From the NCBI GenBank assembly GCA_030770535.1, contig JASVEC010000027.1, positions 372,001-436,000 on the forward strand: DNA of 64,000 nucleotides, written 5' to 3'. The translations under genes were made by a program, and so were the position numbers. Origin of the DNA: Batkoa obscura (Eukaryota). Positions 25,298 through 36,847 of this stretch are shown piece after piece (the first letter of the stretch is position 1; every line of letters starts with the position of its first letter). Under the pieces are notes generated by a model. The model made no database searches. It worked only from the letters and a program-made list of their open reading frames with translations, and was not told the origin of the DNA.

Positions 25298-26819
25298 TTA
25301 TTTAAACAATTTCACATATCGAATTTTCATTCCAAAAAAGAATATAAATAAACCAATTAAATAGCCGAATACTGCTAGAATAGTGAAGAGCAAAAATAAA
25401 CCTTGAACATTCAATAGACGCAATAAGGTGGATGAGAAAGATGATAAAATGGCTGCTAATAGGTACCGAAAAAAATTAGCACAAGCAGAAACCAAAGACG
25501 AGTTTGAAGGAAACAGATTAATTAAATATGTTGAAGTGATGATCATTATACTTATGCTTGAAAAGCCAATAAAGAAGTGAAATATCAGTAATACGTAGAT
25601 GGAACTGATGCTATTAAATAATAAGCAGTATAATAAATAATTTAATATAATTATTATCCCAGTTACTATGATTATTTTGAATTTATTTTCATGTTTTACA
25701 GTATTATTATTCTCACTAGTGACTTTTATCTTATCACTTAATTTACCAACTACCATGCTGCCTACTATGTTACCACATCCAATTGGTATAAGCGATAACC
25801 CTATATCGAAACTATTCATGTCGAACTTTTGAGTCATTATAAGTGGGTGGCTTGTCTCTAATAACATGTATGTTGCAAAATTGATTCCATTATAAAGCAT
25901 AATTAATATTATGATAACAAAATTCATAAACTGGAAAAATTTAAATATCCTAAATGTGTGTTTTCTACTATCTTTCACCTTCTGATTATCCTTATAAAAC
26001 TTAGCATGAACATTTGTTTCTTTTAAAAAGAAAACAATTAATACCAAGATGATACTGGCATAAATAATTAAAAAGATAAATATTGATTTATAATTGAAGT
26101 AGTTTGATAATATCCCTCCCAAAATAGGCCCTAAAATAGGCCCTACCATTGCTCCTAGAAAAAATATTCCCATTGCAAATCCACGCTCTTCCTCAAGGTA
26201 GATATCACTGATCGTTCCTATCCCGCACACATTTCCTGAACTTGATCCTATACTTTGTATCACTCTCATTGCTAATAGTACATAAATGTTTGAGCTAAAG
26301 AGCAGTCCTATGTTTCCTACACATTACCGTGTTAATAAATTAAATAATGCCTTTAAAATAAAAATATACCAATAATGAAAATAATTAGAGAAGAAATATA
26401 AACTATTTTACGACCATAATAATCTGCCAAATTGCCCCAAATCAATGGCTAAATAATAATAACATCAGTATTGATTTATAGCATTATTAGACATTAAACT
26501 TTACAGTCACAGCTAAAAAAACCAAAAAGAGAGCAATGGATAAATCCATCATTGTTTCATTTGTATTAAGTTCATGTTGAATTTCTACAAGAGATGGCAA
26601 CTAAGCAAAAATTTAGAAATAGTTAATTATTATTATTAACTCAATTCTCACATAAATCGTACTACTCAAAGGTGGCAAAACAGCGGTTGAAGAAGCCAGA
26701 ATCAAATAAAAAAATTTGTGATATTTGGTATACTGAAGTTTTGGGATTCCTACCAACTCGATATCCAATAATGATGGATTTAAAGATTTTTTACGTGTTA
26801 AACGCTCGATTTCTTTCAT
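25298..26819 (-). CDS. MFS drug:H+ antiporter (DHA1, Qdr/Aqr-like), 4 exons
   Basis: PPLSSTIY|LPSL, WGNLADYYGRK, EERGFAMG, GPILGPILGG; about 12 hydrophobic segments. Confidence 0.88.
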
Positions 26820-26969
26820 CCTATTCTTCTCTTTTATTTTTTATCTTAATATGATGTCTTCCATTTGTTTTTATATACTTTTGAAAATTTCAACCTTATT
26901 GGTTTAATACATTTGTTCATCTTTAATAAATTCAGCCTTCATTTATGCTTTTTACTATTTTTTTTAATA

Positions 26970-27128
26970 CAGTTGCTGCAACTCTATTGGGATCTAACAA
27001 ACTATTCATTTAAAAAAGCAGAATTTTGCTGAAATTATGGTTGAATCTAATGAAGATTTTTAGAAACAAACAAACAATTGACTCTAAAAATTACCGCAAA
27101 GTTAATCGCAATAAAGTTGCAGCAGCTG
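26970..27128. mobile_element. Tc1/mariner-like MITE family B
   Basis: TA flanks at 26968-26969 and 27129-27130; TIRs CAGTTGCTGCAACTCTATTGGGAT / ATCGCAATAAAGTTGCAGCAGCTG. Confidence 0.75.
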
Positions 27129-28723
27129 TATTCAGTTTCTTCGACACGCAAAGTTATTTTTATTTAGATTATTACTTTTTATACCTTTAAAACTTTACCT
27201 TCATGCCTTCATTGGGCATTAATGAAGCTAATTTAAGGTATTATCAGATTTAAGCTCTTTCACTAATATTTTAATATAAGCATAGGGCTTGGATATTTGT
27301 ATTAAATAATGAAATGCTCACAAAATGGCCTAGAAATAAAGTTATCTGATATAGTTTCTTTTAGAATTTTTAACTTGATCTTTCATGTATATTTGTTTTA
27401 TGCTTCTACTTGTAAATACATATAACTAAATTAATAAAATGAACGGCACAACTATAATCCAGCAAAAATTTTAAGGCCAAGCTATTTCTCTGATAACGTT
27501 AGTAATATAAGATTTGACCAGCGGGAAACTAACAACTAGTTAATGTTTTACTGTCTTTATACTATATATTATTCTGTAGTTTCATACCTTTTATATCTGA
27601 GTAAAGTCAAAAGCTCGGTTAAAACTAGAAATTAATTCTCCACTTTGATTTAGGTCTAAACTTGCAAGGTCATATGCTAACATAAATTTTGTTTCATTAT
27701 TTTGTTCATTTTTACATGGTATTGTATCTACAAAAATTAAAAGGTATAAGATTATTTCAAAAACAATTTCTCCTTCAGACTAAAAAAAATTAAAGGCTAT
27801 GGCTGCTACAACAACTAATTTTGTGCCACTGTCTTAGTGGATTTGCTCAAAAAGGGAGATTGTTTCTGAAACATCCTTATAAATGGCGAACCAAAATGAC
27901 ATTCACAAAGCAATTCTAAAATTAAAAAATAACTTTTGTGGCGTTTGTGCCTAACACATCTTTACAAGTCAAAACCGGAAAAAAATCGATTCCTAGGTCT
28001 AACTAACCCAAGTTGAATACTCAATACCATAAAGTAATACTGGTAAACATAGTCAATTATTGATTATAGTTTAGGATTTAGCCTATTTTATTGCATAAGG
28101 GCTACAACTTTCAAGAAATAAGGGATATTGATGATTTGAAAATGAAAATAAATAAATTCAACGTCATAGAAGTGATTTTATCAGCAATTGTTTATTAGGT
28201 ATAATAACCAAAGAGACTGTTCTAAGACAAATTCCCTCTAGTCAATGCCCATAATGTTTAAAATAAATATATCTTTGAATTTCTGCCTTCAAAAACAATA
28301 TTTTGTTTAAAAAATCAACCCAAAAAAGCAGTATCAAGTAATACTTGATTATTATTCTTGAAGAGATTACAAACTTGTACTTCGTATCAAGATTTAAAGC
28401 TATTTATAGAACCAAAGGTAGCTTTGGAAGTATTGACCGTAGTCAATTTTAACCAATGGTATTCTTCATAAATATATATGTTTTTTTATTGAAAATAACA
28501 AATAATATAAGCAAGTGCGTAAAACAGGTGACTAAGCAATCTTTAAAACTGCAAAATTTTAAAACACATTGTATAAAAAGACAACTTTCATTTTTTTGTA
28601 CTCCAAGCTTAACTGAAAGAAAAACTTCCTCGTTAACAACTTTATTGAATTAAAGGGTCAGCGTGTTTGTTTCGATTCATTAAACTAAAACTAATTATTT
28701 TTATCATTAAAACTGTAAATATA

Positions 28724-29005
28724 ATGGATACAAGTTGGTGCACCATCTGTGGTCAACATATTGATTGCTCAGATACCGAGCTTTACTGCAGCGAGAGATG
28801 TCGCAAGAGGGATGAGATACCCCTTTTATTACCCTCCACCTTTACCATCATGTTTCCGGGTTGTCCTGATCTGCCTTCTCCAACCTCAACCTATAGTCTC
28901 CTTTCAATTGAAAATCCCACAGAAGTACCATCTTTTCAGTTGAACTACATTAATGGAAATGAAGATTCTGGTTCCAATAATGGGTATAAGTATAATTCTC
29001 TATAA
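28724..29005 (+). CDS. ECL1: Ecl1-family small zinc-binding protein, paralog 1
   Basis: MDTSWCTICGQHIDCSDTELYCSERCRKRD (CxxC...YCSxxC) followed by a Ser/Pro-rich tail. Confidence 0.75.
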   Translation: MDTSWCTICGQHIDCSDTELYCSERCRKRDEIPLLLPSTFTIMFPGCPDLPSPTSTYSLLSIENPTEVPSFQLNYINGNEDSGSNNGYKYNSL

Positions 29006-29831
29006 TTAAAATAAAATTAGTTGTATATAAATACTGTTTCTAGTTTAACTAAGGACCAAAAATATATCAGAACTCGTTTGATAAAAACTTTTTTTAAAAT
29101 CCTGATAATAAAGAATAATTCTAATTATTTACCCAATAGCAACTTACAACTATGAAATTTATCGAAAACAAAGTACTTGATGGAATACTTTATGCACACT
29201 TTGTTTGTTACTTGCCTAATATAGGTAGGATGCACTGCGCACGTTTTGGAAAATCTAAGGACCAAGTATAAAAGTAAGAATATTTACTACATTATCATTA
29301 TTTATTAAAATGGAGTTAAAGTGAAATAGGTCTTTTGATTATATTGGAAGGAATTTCGAACTATCATATTAAAACTAGTCATATATAAAATTATTGTAAG
29401 TGTTCTTTATTTGTTGTTGTAAATAAAATTATTAGTTAAAAGTTACCTTAAGATACATCAATAACCAAGATAATAAACATTATAACTTTCAAGGTTAAAT
29501 TATTTCATTATATTTAACAATTAAGTTCCAGTAAAAGAACGGTATTTTATGAATAAATAATATCGCCATCCATTGACGTATGGGAGTTTTAATATCATTT
29601 TATTATGATAGCATACTATTAAGTGCAGTCTTGATTCAATATTCCGGTAAACACTATTTTTTCAAAATTGCAGCTCTTTGTACATTTATTCTGATACCTT
29701 AGTTGACTTAAACTGCTCATATGTATTCTATTACTTTTAAGTTCCTTACTTTATATTTTCGAAAGTAACACTATTTCTAATCGATTCTCCAACAGTTAAT
29801 CGATGTTTTTGTTACTTGAAAATGAAAATAT

Positions 29832-29894
29832 GGGGTGTATTTAAGAATTTTACTAACAATCTTCCCACTCAAATAGCGCTTAAAAAACATCCTC
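29832..29894 (+). mobile_element. MITE family A, internally deleted copy
   Basis: ATAT TSD at 29828-29831 and 29895-29898; core ttaagaattttactaacaatcttcccactcaaatagcgcttaaaa. Confidence 0.8.
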
Positions 29895-30348
29895 ATATGA
29901 AGAAATTAGAGAAATTAAAATCCTTGTTTTTATGGCTTTTTTATTAATTTTTGTAACAAATAGAATTACTTATAAATAATTTTATTCGCTATATAATTAC
30001 AATCTAAGTTAATCTTTTATTAGTTAATAGTTTAACTAAAATCTCTCTAAAGAAAATCATAGATAGCATAAATTATCATCCGCTTACATCATACTAAGAA
30101 ATAATAATCCTTTTGTTTGCTTTATCCTTGATAAATTCTAAAATACCTATTAAATTATCCCTTTGTTATGATAGCATTATTTATATGAGTTGTGAGTATT
30201 TTAATACCTAAGTATGATTTAGCATTTACTTGGAGTGTTTACAACATTTTTTAATTGGTAAAGCTATCAAAATATCGCTAATTATTACGACAAAGATATT
30301 TAGACCTTAAAAATATTTATCTGATTATAAAGGTTCTATTTTAACTTC

Positions 30349-30829
30349 TGTGAAATATCGCTTCATTAGCTCTAGGATTGATTATAATATAATAATCAAT
30401 TCTGAATTCCTTATACAGATTTGCTGTGAGAATTGCTACCACCTGATCATGAAGAACTTACTGCCCACGTTTTTGTGTCCATACTTGGCAACTACAATAA
30501 GGAATAACTGTTATAATGTTCCTTATAAATAGCCACCCAGTTGGAGTATAAAAGAGCTTCTTCAACATATTAACTCGAGGCTTTTTTAATTAAATTACTC
30601 CCTGATAACGTATCATTGATAAAGTCACTAAGTCTTTCTGACAACATTTTACATAGATTTTACAGTAGTATCTTCTATTATATTTGTTTTACATAATTCG
30701 TAGCTTATACGTATTATTTCTATTAAGCTAAGTCTATCTTAGTTACATAAACTAAGACCGTTCGACTCAAGGCAAGTTAATTAAGCAAGAGTAGTTTTTA
30801 ACTCCGACCACTGAGTATCAACTTTCACA
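30349..30829 (+). mobile_element. Solo LTR-like repeat
   Basis: TGTGAAA...TTTCACA termini, CTTC on both flanks, TATAAAAG box; homologous to 33976-34335, 55232-55693 and 55912-56373. Confidence 0.75.
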
Positions 30830-30976
30830 CTTCCTTGGCTATTACAAAGTTTTATTGTAGATCATAATATTTAAACTCTAGTCTGAAGATCATTTATATT
30901 ACCAATAAAATTAAAATTACTTTTTTTTGAGCGTATAATAAAAATTTATAACACACTATTTTATAAGTTATTAAAA

Positions 30977-31405
30977 CTAACCCGAGATGTTTCCAATGCT
31001 GTTACAATCCAAATTAGATTGATCAGTGTTGACGCAATTGAATTCAATTTCAGATTTAGCACTAGTTCCAGCTTTAAGGAAATTGATTTTAATAACAGTA
31101 TTGTCACTAGAGCAATCTTCGAAGTTTAGCCCAAGTTCGCCATCGCTACTTACATCCTCAAATGCAGAAGTACAGATAAGGTCGGAGGTGGTTCTCCCAT
31201 TTTGAACACAAGAAGTTGATAATTTCTCACCATTATATACAGCAGAGCAATAGCAATCCATTCTATATTTAATCTCGCCAGTAGGATGGCTGAGTTTTTT
31301 AAAATTCGAGCTACATTTTACTTCATAATTAGTGGAGCCATTCACATTTGATGCCAAAATACCAAAGAGGGTAGAGAACAAAAGAACTTTAGATACGTTC
31401 AACAT
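30977..31405 (-). CDS. Small secreted cysteine-rich protein (8 Cys), function unknown
   Basis: ATG at 31405; signal peptide MLNVSKVLLFSTLFGILASNVNG; 142 aa; a decayed paralog lies at 15177-15596. Confidence 0.75.
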   Translation of the reverse strand: MLNVSKVLLFSTLFGILASNVNGSTNYEVKCSSNFKKLSHPTGEIKYRMDCYCSAVYNGEKLSTSCVQNGRTTSDLICTSAFEDVSSDGELGLNFEDCSSDNTVIKINFLKAGTSAKSEIEFNCVNTDQSNLDCNSIGNISG

Positions 31406-32426
31406 TTTTTGGAAGATCAACCCGTATTTTCGTTTTACTTTTATATGATTTTGTATAGCCTAAAAGACTGGTTTAATATTTCATATTTCTTGGCATCTAT
31501 CACGTTTGAAGTATTTGTGTTTTTATATTTATTGTTTCACTCCCTATACCTTAATATATCAGCCATTTGACATATCATTTAATTACACATAATGTAAATA
31601 ACAAATCATTTAAAAAATTTGGTTATAATAAATATTAAACTCTTAAATATATAGAAATCATCGGATATTTTATTCTTATTTTAGATTAAGTTTTATGATA
31701 TGAGTTAATGTTTTTCAAATTAAAATGCCCCTATTTAGTTGTTCTATGAATTAATATACAAAACAATAAATATAAAATGTTATAACTTGGAAAGTTACAA
31801 AATGTTAGTAATTTTTAAATATTGGAAGCAATTTACATGCCTTTACTTTTAATTATATTATAGCACTAAATTAAATATATTGCGACATTAAGTTGAATAC
31901 AAATAATTTTTTATGAAATTGTTTTTTAGCTTGTGTATATGTTTTATAGATATCATGTTCTAAAATAGTTTCAATCTTGGGGGATCAAATATACCCATGG
32001 CATACAAATGTATTTATAATGAGAATTACATTGATCTGAACCACACCAATTCAAAACAATATCTTAATTAAGAGACCTTTAATTTTAAATTTAATAGTTC
32101 TAATGTTTAATTATCATTAATTATTGAGAAAAATGATATATTTTAAAATTAAATTATAGTTAATGTATGAATATTTTTGTTAAATATAGAACATCTTCAT
32201 TAAAATGATTTCAAAAACTTATCAAGTAAGCTATATCAAAGCTCTTATTGTTAATGTACCTAAATGTTTTTGACCTACTGACTATAATTTTATTTTTTTC
32301 TATTTAATGATACGTATTTTCAAACAAGGGTCCTTCTTTTTTTAAAATAAGCAGTTATTGTAAAGACAATATTTCAAAAATTTAAGTAGTTTTTAAAATT
32401 AAGCTTTTATTTACAAATTAGTGATA

Positions 32427-33110
32427 TTAGGTAGCCTTATTAAAGCCATTGAAGTTAGTACCAGCACCAATAATGCCAACTCCGGTAGATGAGCCAAAGT
32501 TATTAGAAGTACCAACAGTTCCAGCTCCATTAGAAATAACTGCTACATTATTACCAGCATTGGTACTTGAATATGGACCAATGGATTGACCATAACTAGT
32601 TCCTGATCCAGTGACCCCAGATGAATTTAAAAAATTACTTTGAGAAGCTTGAAATCCAGAAGAAGCACCAAAACCAGCGTTACCTGAAGTAACACCCGAA
32701 CTAGAACCAGTACCAAAAGAATTGGCATTGGAACCATACCCATTATTACTTCCACTTGCGAAGCTAGATCCTACATTGACAAATCCAGAATTACCAGTTG
32801 CGCCATTGATGGCATTATTTCCTGATGAAAAAGCATTACCGTATTGATTAGCAGTACCACTTGATACATTTGAACTAGCACCAAAAGAAGAGTTTGGGCC
32901 TGAAGCAACACCAGCGCTTGTTCCATAATTTGATGTAGAACCACTTCCAGCTGCTGAACCAAATGAGGAGCTTACAGAAGCACTTCCACCATTGGTAGAG
33001 CCCCCAATAGCACCTGAGCCGCTTACTTGAGATACTGAATTATTTGGTACTGGAATAGTAAGGACGGAAGTCAAAGCTAAGACAATCATGAACGAGATAG
33101 ATTTAAACAT
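32427..33110 (-). CDS. Secreted Gly/Ser/Asn-rich low-complexity protein (cell wall or adhesive candidate)
   Basis: Signal peptide MFKSISFMIVLALTSVLT-IP followed by about 200 aa of G/S/N/A with essentially no charged residues. Confidence 0.8.
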   Translation of the reverse strand: MFKSISFMIVLALTSVLTIPVPNNSVSQVSGSGAIGGSTNGGSASVSSSFGSAAGSGSTSNYGTSAGVASGPNSSFGASSNVSSGTANQYGNAFSSGNNAINGATGNSGFVNVGSSFASGSNNGYGSNANSFGTGSSSGVTSGNAGFGASSGFQASQSNFLNSSGVTGSGTSYGQSIGPYSSTNAGNNVAVISNGAGTVGTSNNFGSSTGVGIIGAGTNFNGFNKAT

Positions 33111-33930
33111 TTTGAGGATTAGAGTAGTATTAATGAATCAATAAATAAATAATTATTATTACTTAAATTTGATTATTTAATGTATCATTTTCGATGCTTT
33201 TATAGTGTAATTTTTCAATTTTTCAATTTTTAGTTTAAAGTTAATAATAGTAATGAAATACCCCAGTTAATTTATGCTTTTAACAGTTAAAAAATCCCTT
33301 ATAATATTACCAGGTTTTAGATTATATTATTTATCAAATTTAAATGAACTTGAACTTTTTAATTTGTTAAAAATTTAAGTTAAAAATCTAATTACTATTG
33401 AAAAATTAGATAATTGAAAGCTTTTAATAAATAAAAATAGCAAAGTAAAAAGTTTAATTTCGTTTAAATTAGATTGGTAATAGCTGAAATTGGCATTTAG
33501 GTTTCAACATTTACAATAATTTAACCAATTTTTACAAAAAATGGTTGAAAATCTCAAACCAAAATATCAAAATAGCTAAATGAAAAATTTAAAAAGCAAA
33601 TATCAATGCTTTAAAAAACCCATTTTATTAGCATTAAGATTTTTGTTCCATTCTATTATTAAATTTACTTATATTAATTTTTATTCTATTATTAGATTAA
33701 ATTAAAAAAATTATTATATTGCATTAATTTATACTTTACAGTCAAGTTTTTATGCAGTAATATTTTATTTTTAAATTGTTCATATTTACCATATGGGGGT
33801 GTCCGAATTGGTTTCAGAATTTAACTAGAAATTAATCCAAATTTTAAGTTTTTAAATTTGTGAGTCTTTAATGTATGATCAGCTAAATTTAAAAAGCTTA
33901 AAACTAAATATAAAAACTTAACTTAAAGAC

Positions 33931-33962
33931 TTATTTTATTTATTTTATTTTATTTTATTTTT
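33931..33962. repeat. (TTATT)n microsatellite
   Basis: About 6 tandem units read directly. Confidence 0.8.
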
Positions 33963-33975
33963 TTGATTATATGTT

Positions 33976-34335
33976 TGTGAAAGTTAGTACTCAGTAATTG
34001 GAGTTAGAGCCAGTTCTAGCTTAGTTAACTGGCCGTAAGTTAAAAGGCCTTAGTTTATGTAGCTAAGATAGACTTAAATCAATAGGAGTAATACGCAATA
34101 AGCTACGAACTATGTAAAATAAATAGAATACAGGATACTACTGTAAAATCTACATAAGATATTGTCAGAAAGATTTAGTGGCTTTATTAAAAGTAAAATA
34201 TTAGGGAACAATTTAATTAAAAAGCCTTGAGCTATTATGTTGAAGAATCTATTTTATACTCAACTAGTTTTGTAAACAAGTTAAGTGATTATTATGCGAT
34301 AATCAATCACAGAGATGATGAAACGATATTTCACA
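33976..34335 (-). mobile_element. Solo LTR-like repeat nested in the Sola2 left subterminal region
   Basis: TGTGAAA...TTTCACA termini; flanks atgtt / gtgtt; reverse-complement homolog of 30349-30829 with an internal deletion. Confidence 0.75.
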
Positions 34336-34426
34336 GTGTTTTTTATTTTTTATTAAATATTCAATAGCTATATAATATATAATTATATAGTTATTTGACT
34401 TTATTTTTTGTTAAAATAAAAACAAA

Positions 34427-36130
34427 ATGCAAACTTTTATAACTAAACTTCGAAATGGAATTTCTAAAAACTTTAATACGGTAGGGAGAAGCACATTATA
34501 TAAACATTGTAATTTATTTACATCAATTTTAGCAACTATTCACAATTGCCCAAAGTTTATGGAATTTTATAATAAAACAAAAAAAAGAAAAGAAATATTA
34601 TTAAATTTTACTATTAATAATAACAAACTTAATCAAGCAATGTATAAAATTAGTGCTTTAAGGGAAACAGGAAATAAAAACCAACAAGTAGCATTATTAT
34701 CGACTATAGCTTCAGTATATTCTTTTGATGAATGTAAAAGTTTTGGATTTAATATAAGTAAAAATCAATATGATTATTCAAAAATAATTAATAATAATAA
34801 AATACCAACGTTACGACCTACTATCAAAAATACAAAAAGAATTAAAGATGAGCAAATCGGGATTATTATACAATATTTACTTGATAATTCAACTATTTCA
34901 TCAAGATTTAGTAAAAAAAATAATGATAAATATTCGTCAGGGAATATATATATATTAAATAAAAGTAGAAGAATGATATACAGTAAGTATTTTAATGATT
35001 TAAAAGATAAAGCAGTAGCTAGGTCAACATTTTTCAAATATATACCAAATAATTTTAAAAATCCAGCAAGAAAAACAGATTTATGTAATATATGTGCCCA
35101 GTATACAGTTAGAAAAAAGTTATTTGAAAATAAAATAAATACAGCGACAGAAAATAAAGCAGAGATAGAGGAATCTTTTAATAAAGAAAAAAGGTTATAT
35201 AAATTACATGAATTTTGTGTTGATACTCAAAAAAACACACTTAATGAAACTATTGAAAAATTAAATAATAGAAGTTGTATAATAATTTTAGACTTTAAAC
35301 AAAATATGGAAATAGGAATGAGACCAGATCCAATAAACTTAGATCATTATAACAAACAAGCTATATCAGTATTAGGGTTTGGCGTTTTGTATTTAAAAAA
35401 CGATAAAACAATAGGCAAAGTTTATTTTGATTATTTATCTGAAATATTAAATCATGATTCAGCATATGCAGGAGATTGTTTAATTGATTTAATATCTAAA
35501 GAGCTTTTATTTAAAAAGTTTACAAAAATTAATATATGGGCAGATACAGGATATCATTTTAAATCTCAAGAGTTTTTACATTATGTATTTGAAGAAATTT
35601 ATAAAATAAATAGTAGTTTAAATATTGATCTTAATTTTTTTGCTGAGCATCATGGAAAAAGTATAGTTGACGGGCATTTTGGAAATCTTTCACAGTGGAA
35701 AAATAGTCTTGAAGCATTAGGTAAAATAGAAGATATTGATCAATTAATTTCAAAATTTGAGATTTTTGTTTGTGAAAATAATAGATTTAATAACTCAACT
35801 GTCAATAATGGGCAAATAAATATAATTTTTAAAAAGTATGAAAGAAACAAAGATACAAAAAAAATAATAAAAATAAAAGGTATTAAAAAGTATTTAAATT
35901 TTATTAAACGTGGTAAAAAACTACACTGTTATCCAGTATCTGATAGATCAAAAAAAAGCGATATAATTTCAATTAAAGTTATAGAGTCTATAGAAGATAG
36001 AAAAATTAAAAGGTCAACCCCAGCTTATCTTACAAAAATAACTGAAAATTTAAATGTTTCAATATTTAGTAAGCAAGTAAGTAGCTTATTAGATGATAGA
36101 AATCAATTATTAAATGTTGATATTACTTAA
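34427..36130 (+). CDS. DDD transposase, Sola2-like
   Basis: Putative catalytic Asp motifs IILDFKQN, IWADTGYHFKS and FFAEHHGKSIVDGHFG; upstream TDLCNIC..H motif; lies between TIRs. Confidence 0.85.
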   Translation: MQTFITKLRNGISKNFNTVGRSTLYKHCNLFTSILATIHNCPKFMEFYNKTKKRKEILLNFTINNNKLNQAMYKISALRETGNKNQQVALLSTIASVYSFDECKSFGFNISKNQYDYSKIINNNKIPTLRPTIKNTKRIKDEQIGIIIQYLLDNSTISSRFSKKNNDKYSSGNIYILNKSRRMIYSKYFNDLKDKAVARSTFFKYIPNNFKNPARKTDLCNICAQYTVRKKLFENKINTATENKAEIEESFNKEKRLYKLHEFCVDTQKNTLNETIEKLNNRSCIIILDFKQNMEIGMRPDPINLDHYNKQAISVLGFGVLYLKNDKTIGKVYFDYLSEILNHDSAYAGDCLIDLISKELLFKKFTKINIWADTGYHFKSQEFLHYVFEEIYKINSSLNIDLNFFAEHHGKSIVDGHFGNLSQWKNSLEALGKIEDIDQLISKFEIFVCENNRFNNSTVNNGQINIIFKKYERNKDTKKIIKIKGIKKYLNFIKRGKKLHCYPVSDRSKKSDIISIKVIESIEDRKIKRSTPAYLTKITENLNVSIFSKQVSSLLDDRNQLLNVDIT

Positions 36131-36140
36131 ATCATTGATA

Positions 36141-36282
36141 GCTAAGTTAATAAATAGTCAAAGAGCAAGTAGTTGTAATAATAAGTAAAAACTATTATTA
36201 TACTGCTTGTATTACATAGGGGTGGTTAATTATAGCTTTGGAGCTAACCACTCCCTCCCATGCAGCTATTTATTAACTTAGC
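36141..36282. mobile_element. 142-bp MITE (family C) nested just after the transposase stop
   Basis: Perfect 17-bp TIR GCTAAGTTAATAAATAG / CTATTTATTAACTTAGC; GATA on both flanks (36137-36140, 36283-36286). Confidence 0.7.
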
Positions 36283-36667
36283 GATATATTAATAATGTAA
36301 TTATAACATTAAAATAATTTATTCATTTGATAGCAAATCTGCAGTGTTGAATATAAAACAGTTAATAATAAATATTTCTTAATAAAGTTATATAAAAGTA
36401 TATATTTATTTACATATTACAACTTTGACTAATATCACTATACAGGCTATATTAGTAAAATCTTTGCTAATCCAGGAATTTATATTAAATTTAATAAAAA
36501 TTCCGCTAATTAACAATATAAATTATAACAAAATAATTTAAAACTGTGTCGGGTACTTTTGGGTTTTAATAAAGAATTTATTTTTATAGAATTTTAAGCA
36601 AAGTTTTTAAAATATAAATATTTAAAAATTGGATAAAAAAATGAAACCAATTCGGACACCCCCATAT

Positions 36668-36765
36668 GGGATGTATTTTTTTGTTTAAGAATTTTACTAG
36701 CAACCTTTCTGCTCAAATAACGCTTAAAAAATGGGAAGAATAATGAAACCAAAAAAAATACCCTC
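36668..36765 (+). mobile_element. MITE family A copy abutting the Sola2 right end
   Basis: Shares ATAT 36664-36667 with the large element; second ATAT at 36766-36769. Confidence 0.85.
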
Positions 36766-36847
36766 ATATTAATTTCTATAAAATATATAATTATACAAAT
36801 CGATTTATAATATAAATTTTTTAATTAAAAATTAACACATATTTTTA

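Larger units (their letters stand above)
33795..36663 (+). mobile_element. Full-length Sola2-type DNA transposon
   Basis: Perfect 22-bp TIRs GGGGGTGTCCGAATTGGTTTCA (33795-33816 / 36642-36663); ATAT TSD at 33791-33794 and 36664-36667; single intact transposase ORF. Confidence 0.88.

Noticed and set aside
30350..30532. 60-aa ORF
   Set aside because: Lies entirely within the solo LTR.
34427..36130. Fanzor/TnpB RNA-guided nuclease with a downstream guide RNA
   Set aside because: No RuvC I-III or C-terminal zinc-finger layout seen; motifs fit a DDD transposase, and the downstream structure has TIR/TSD features.
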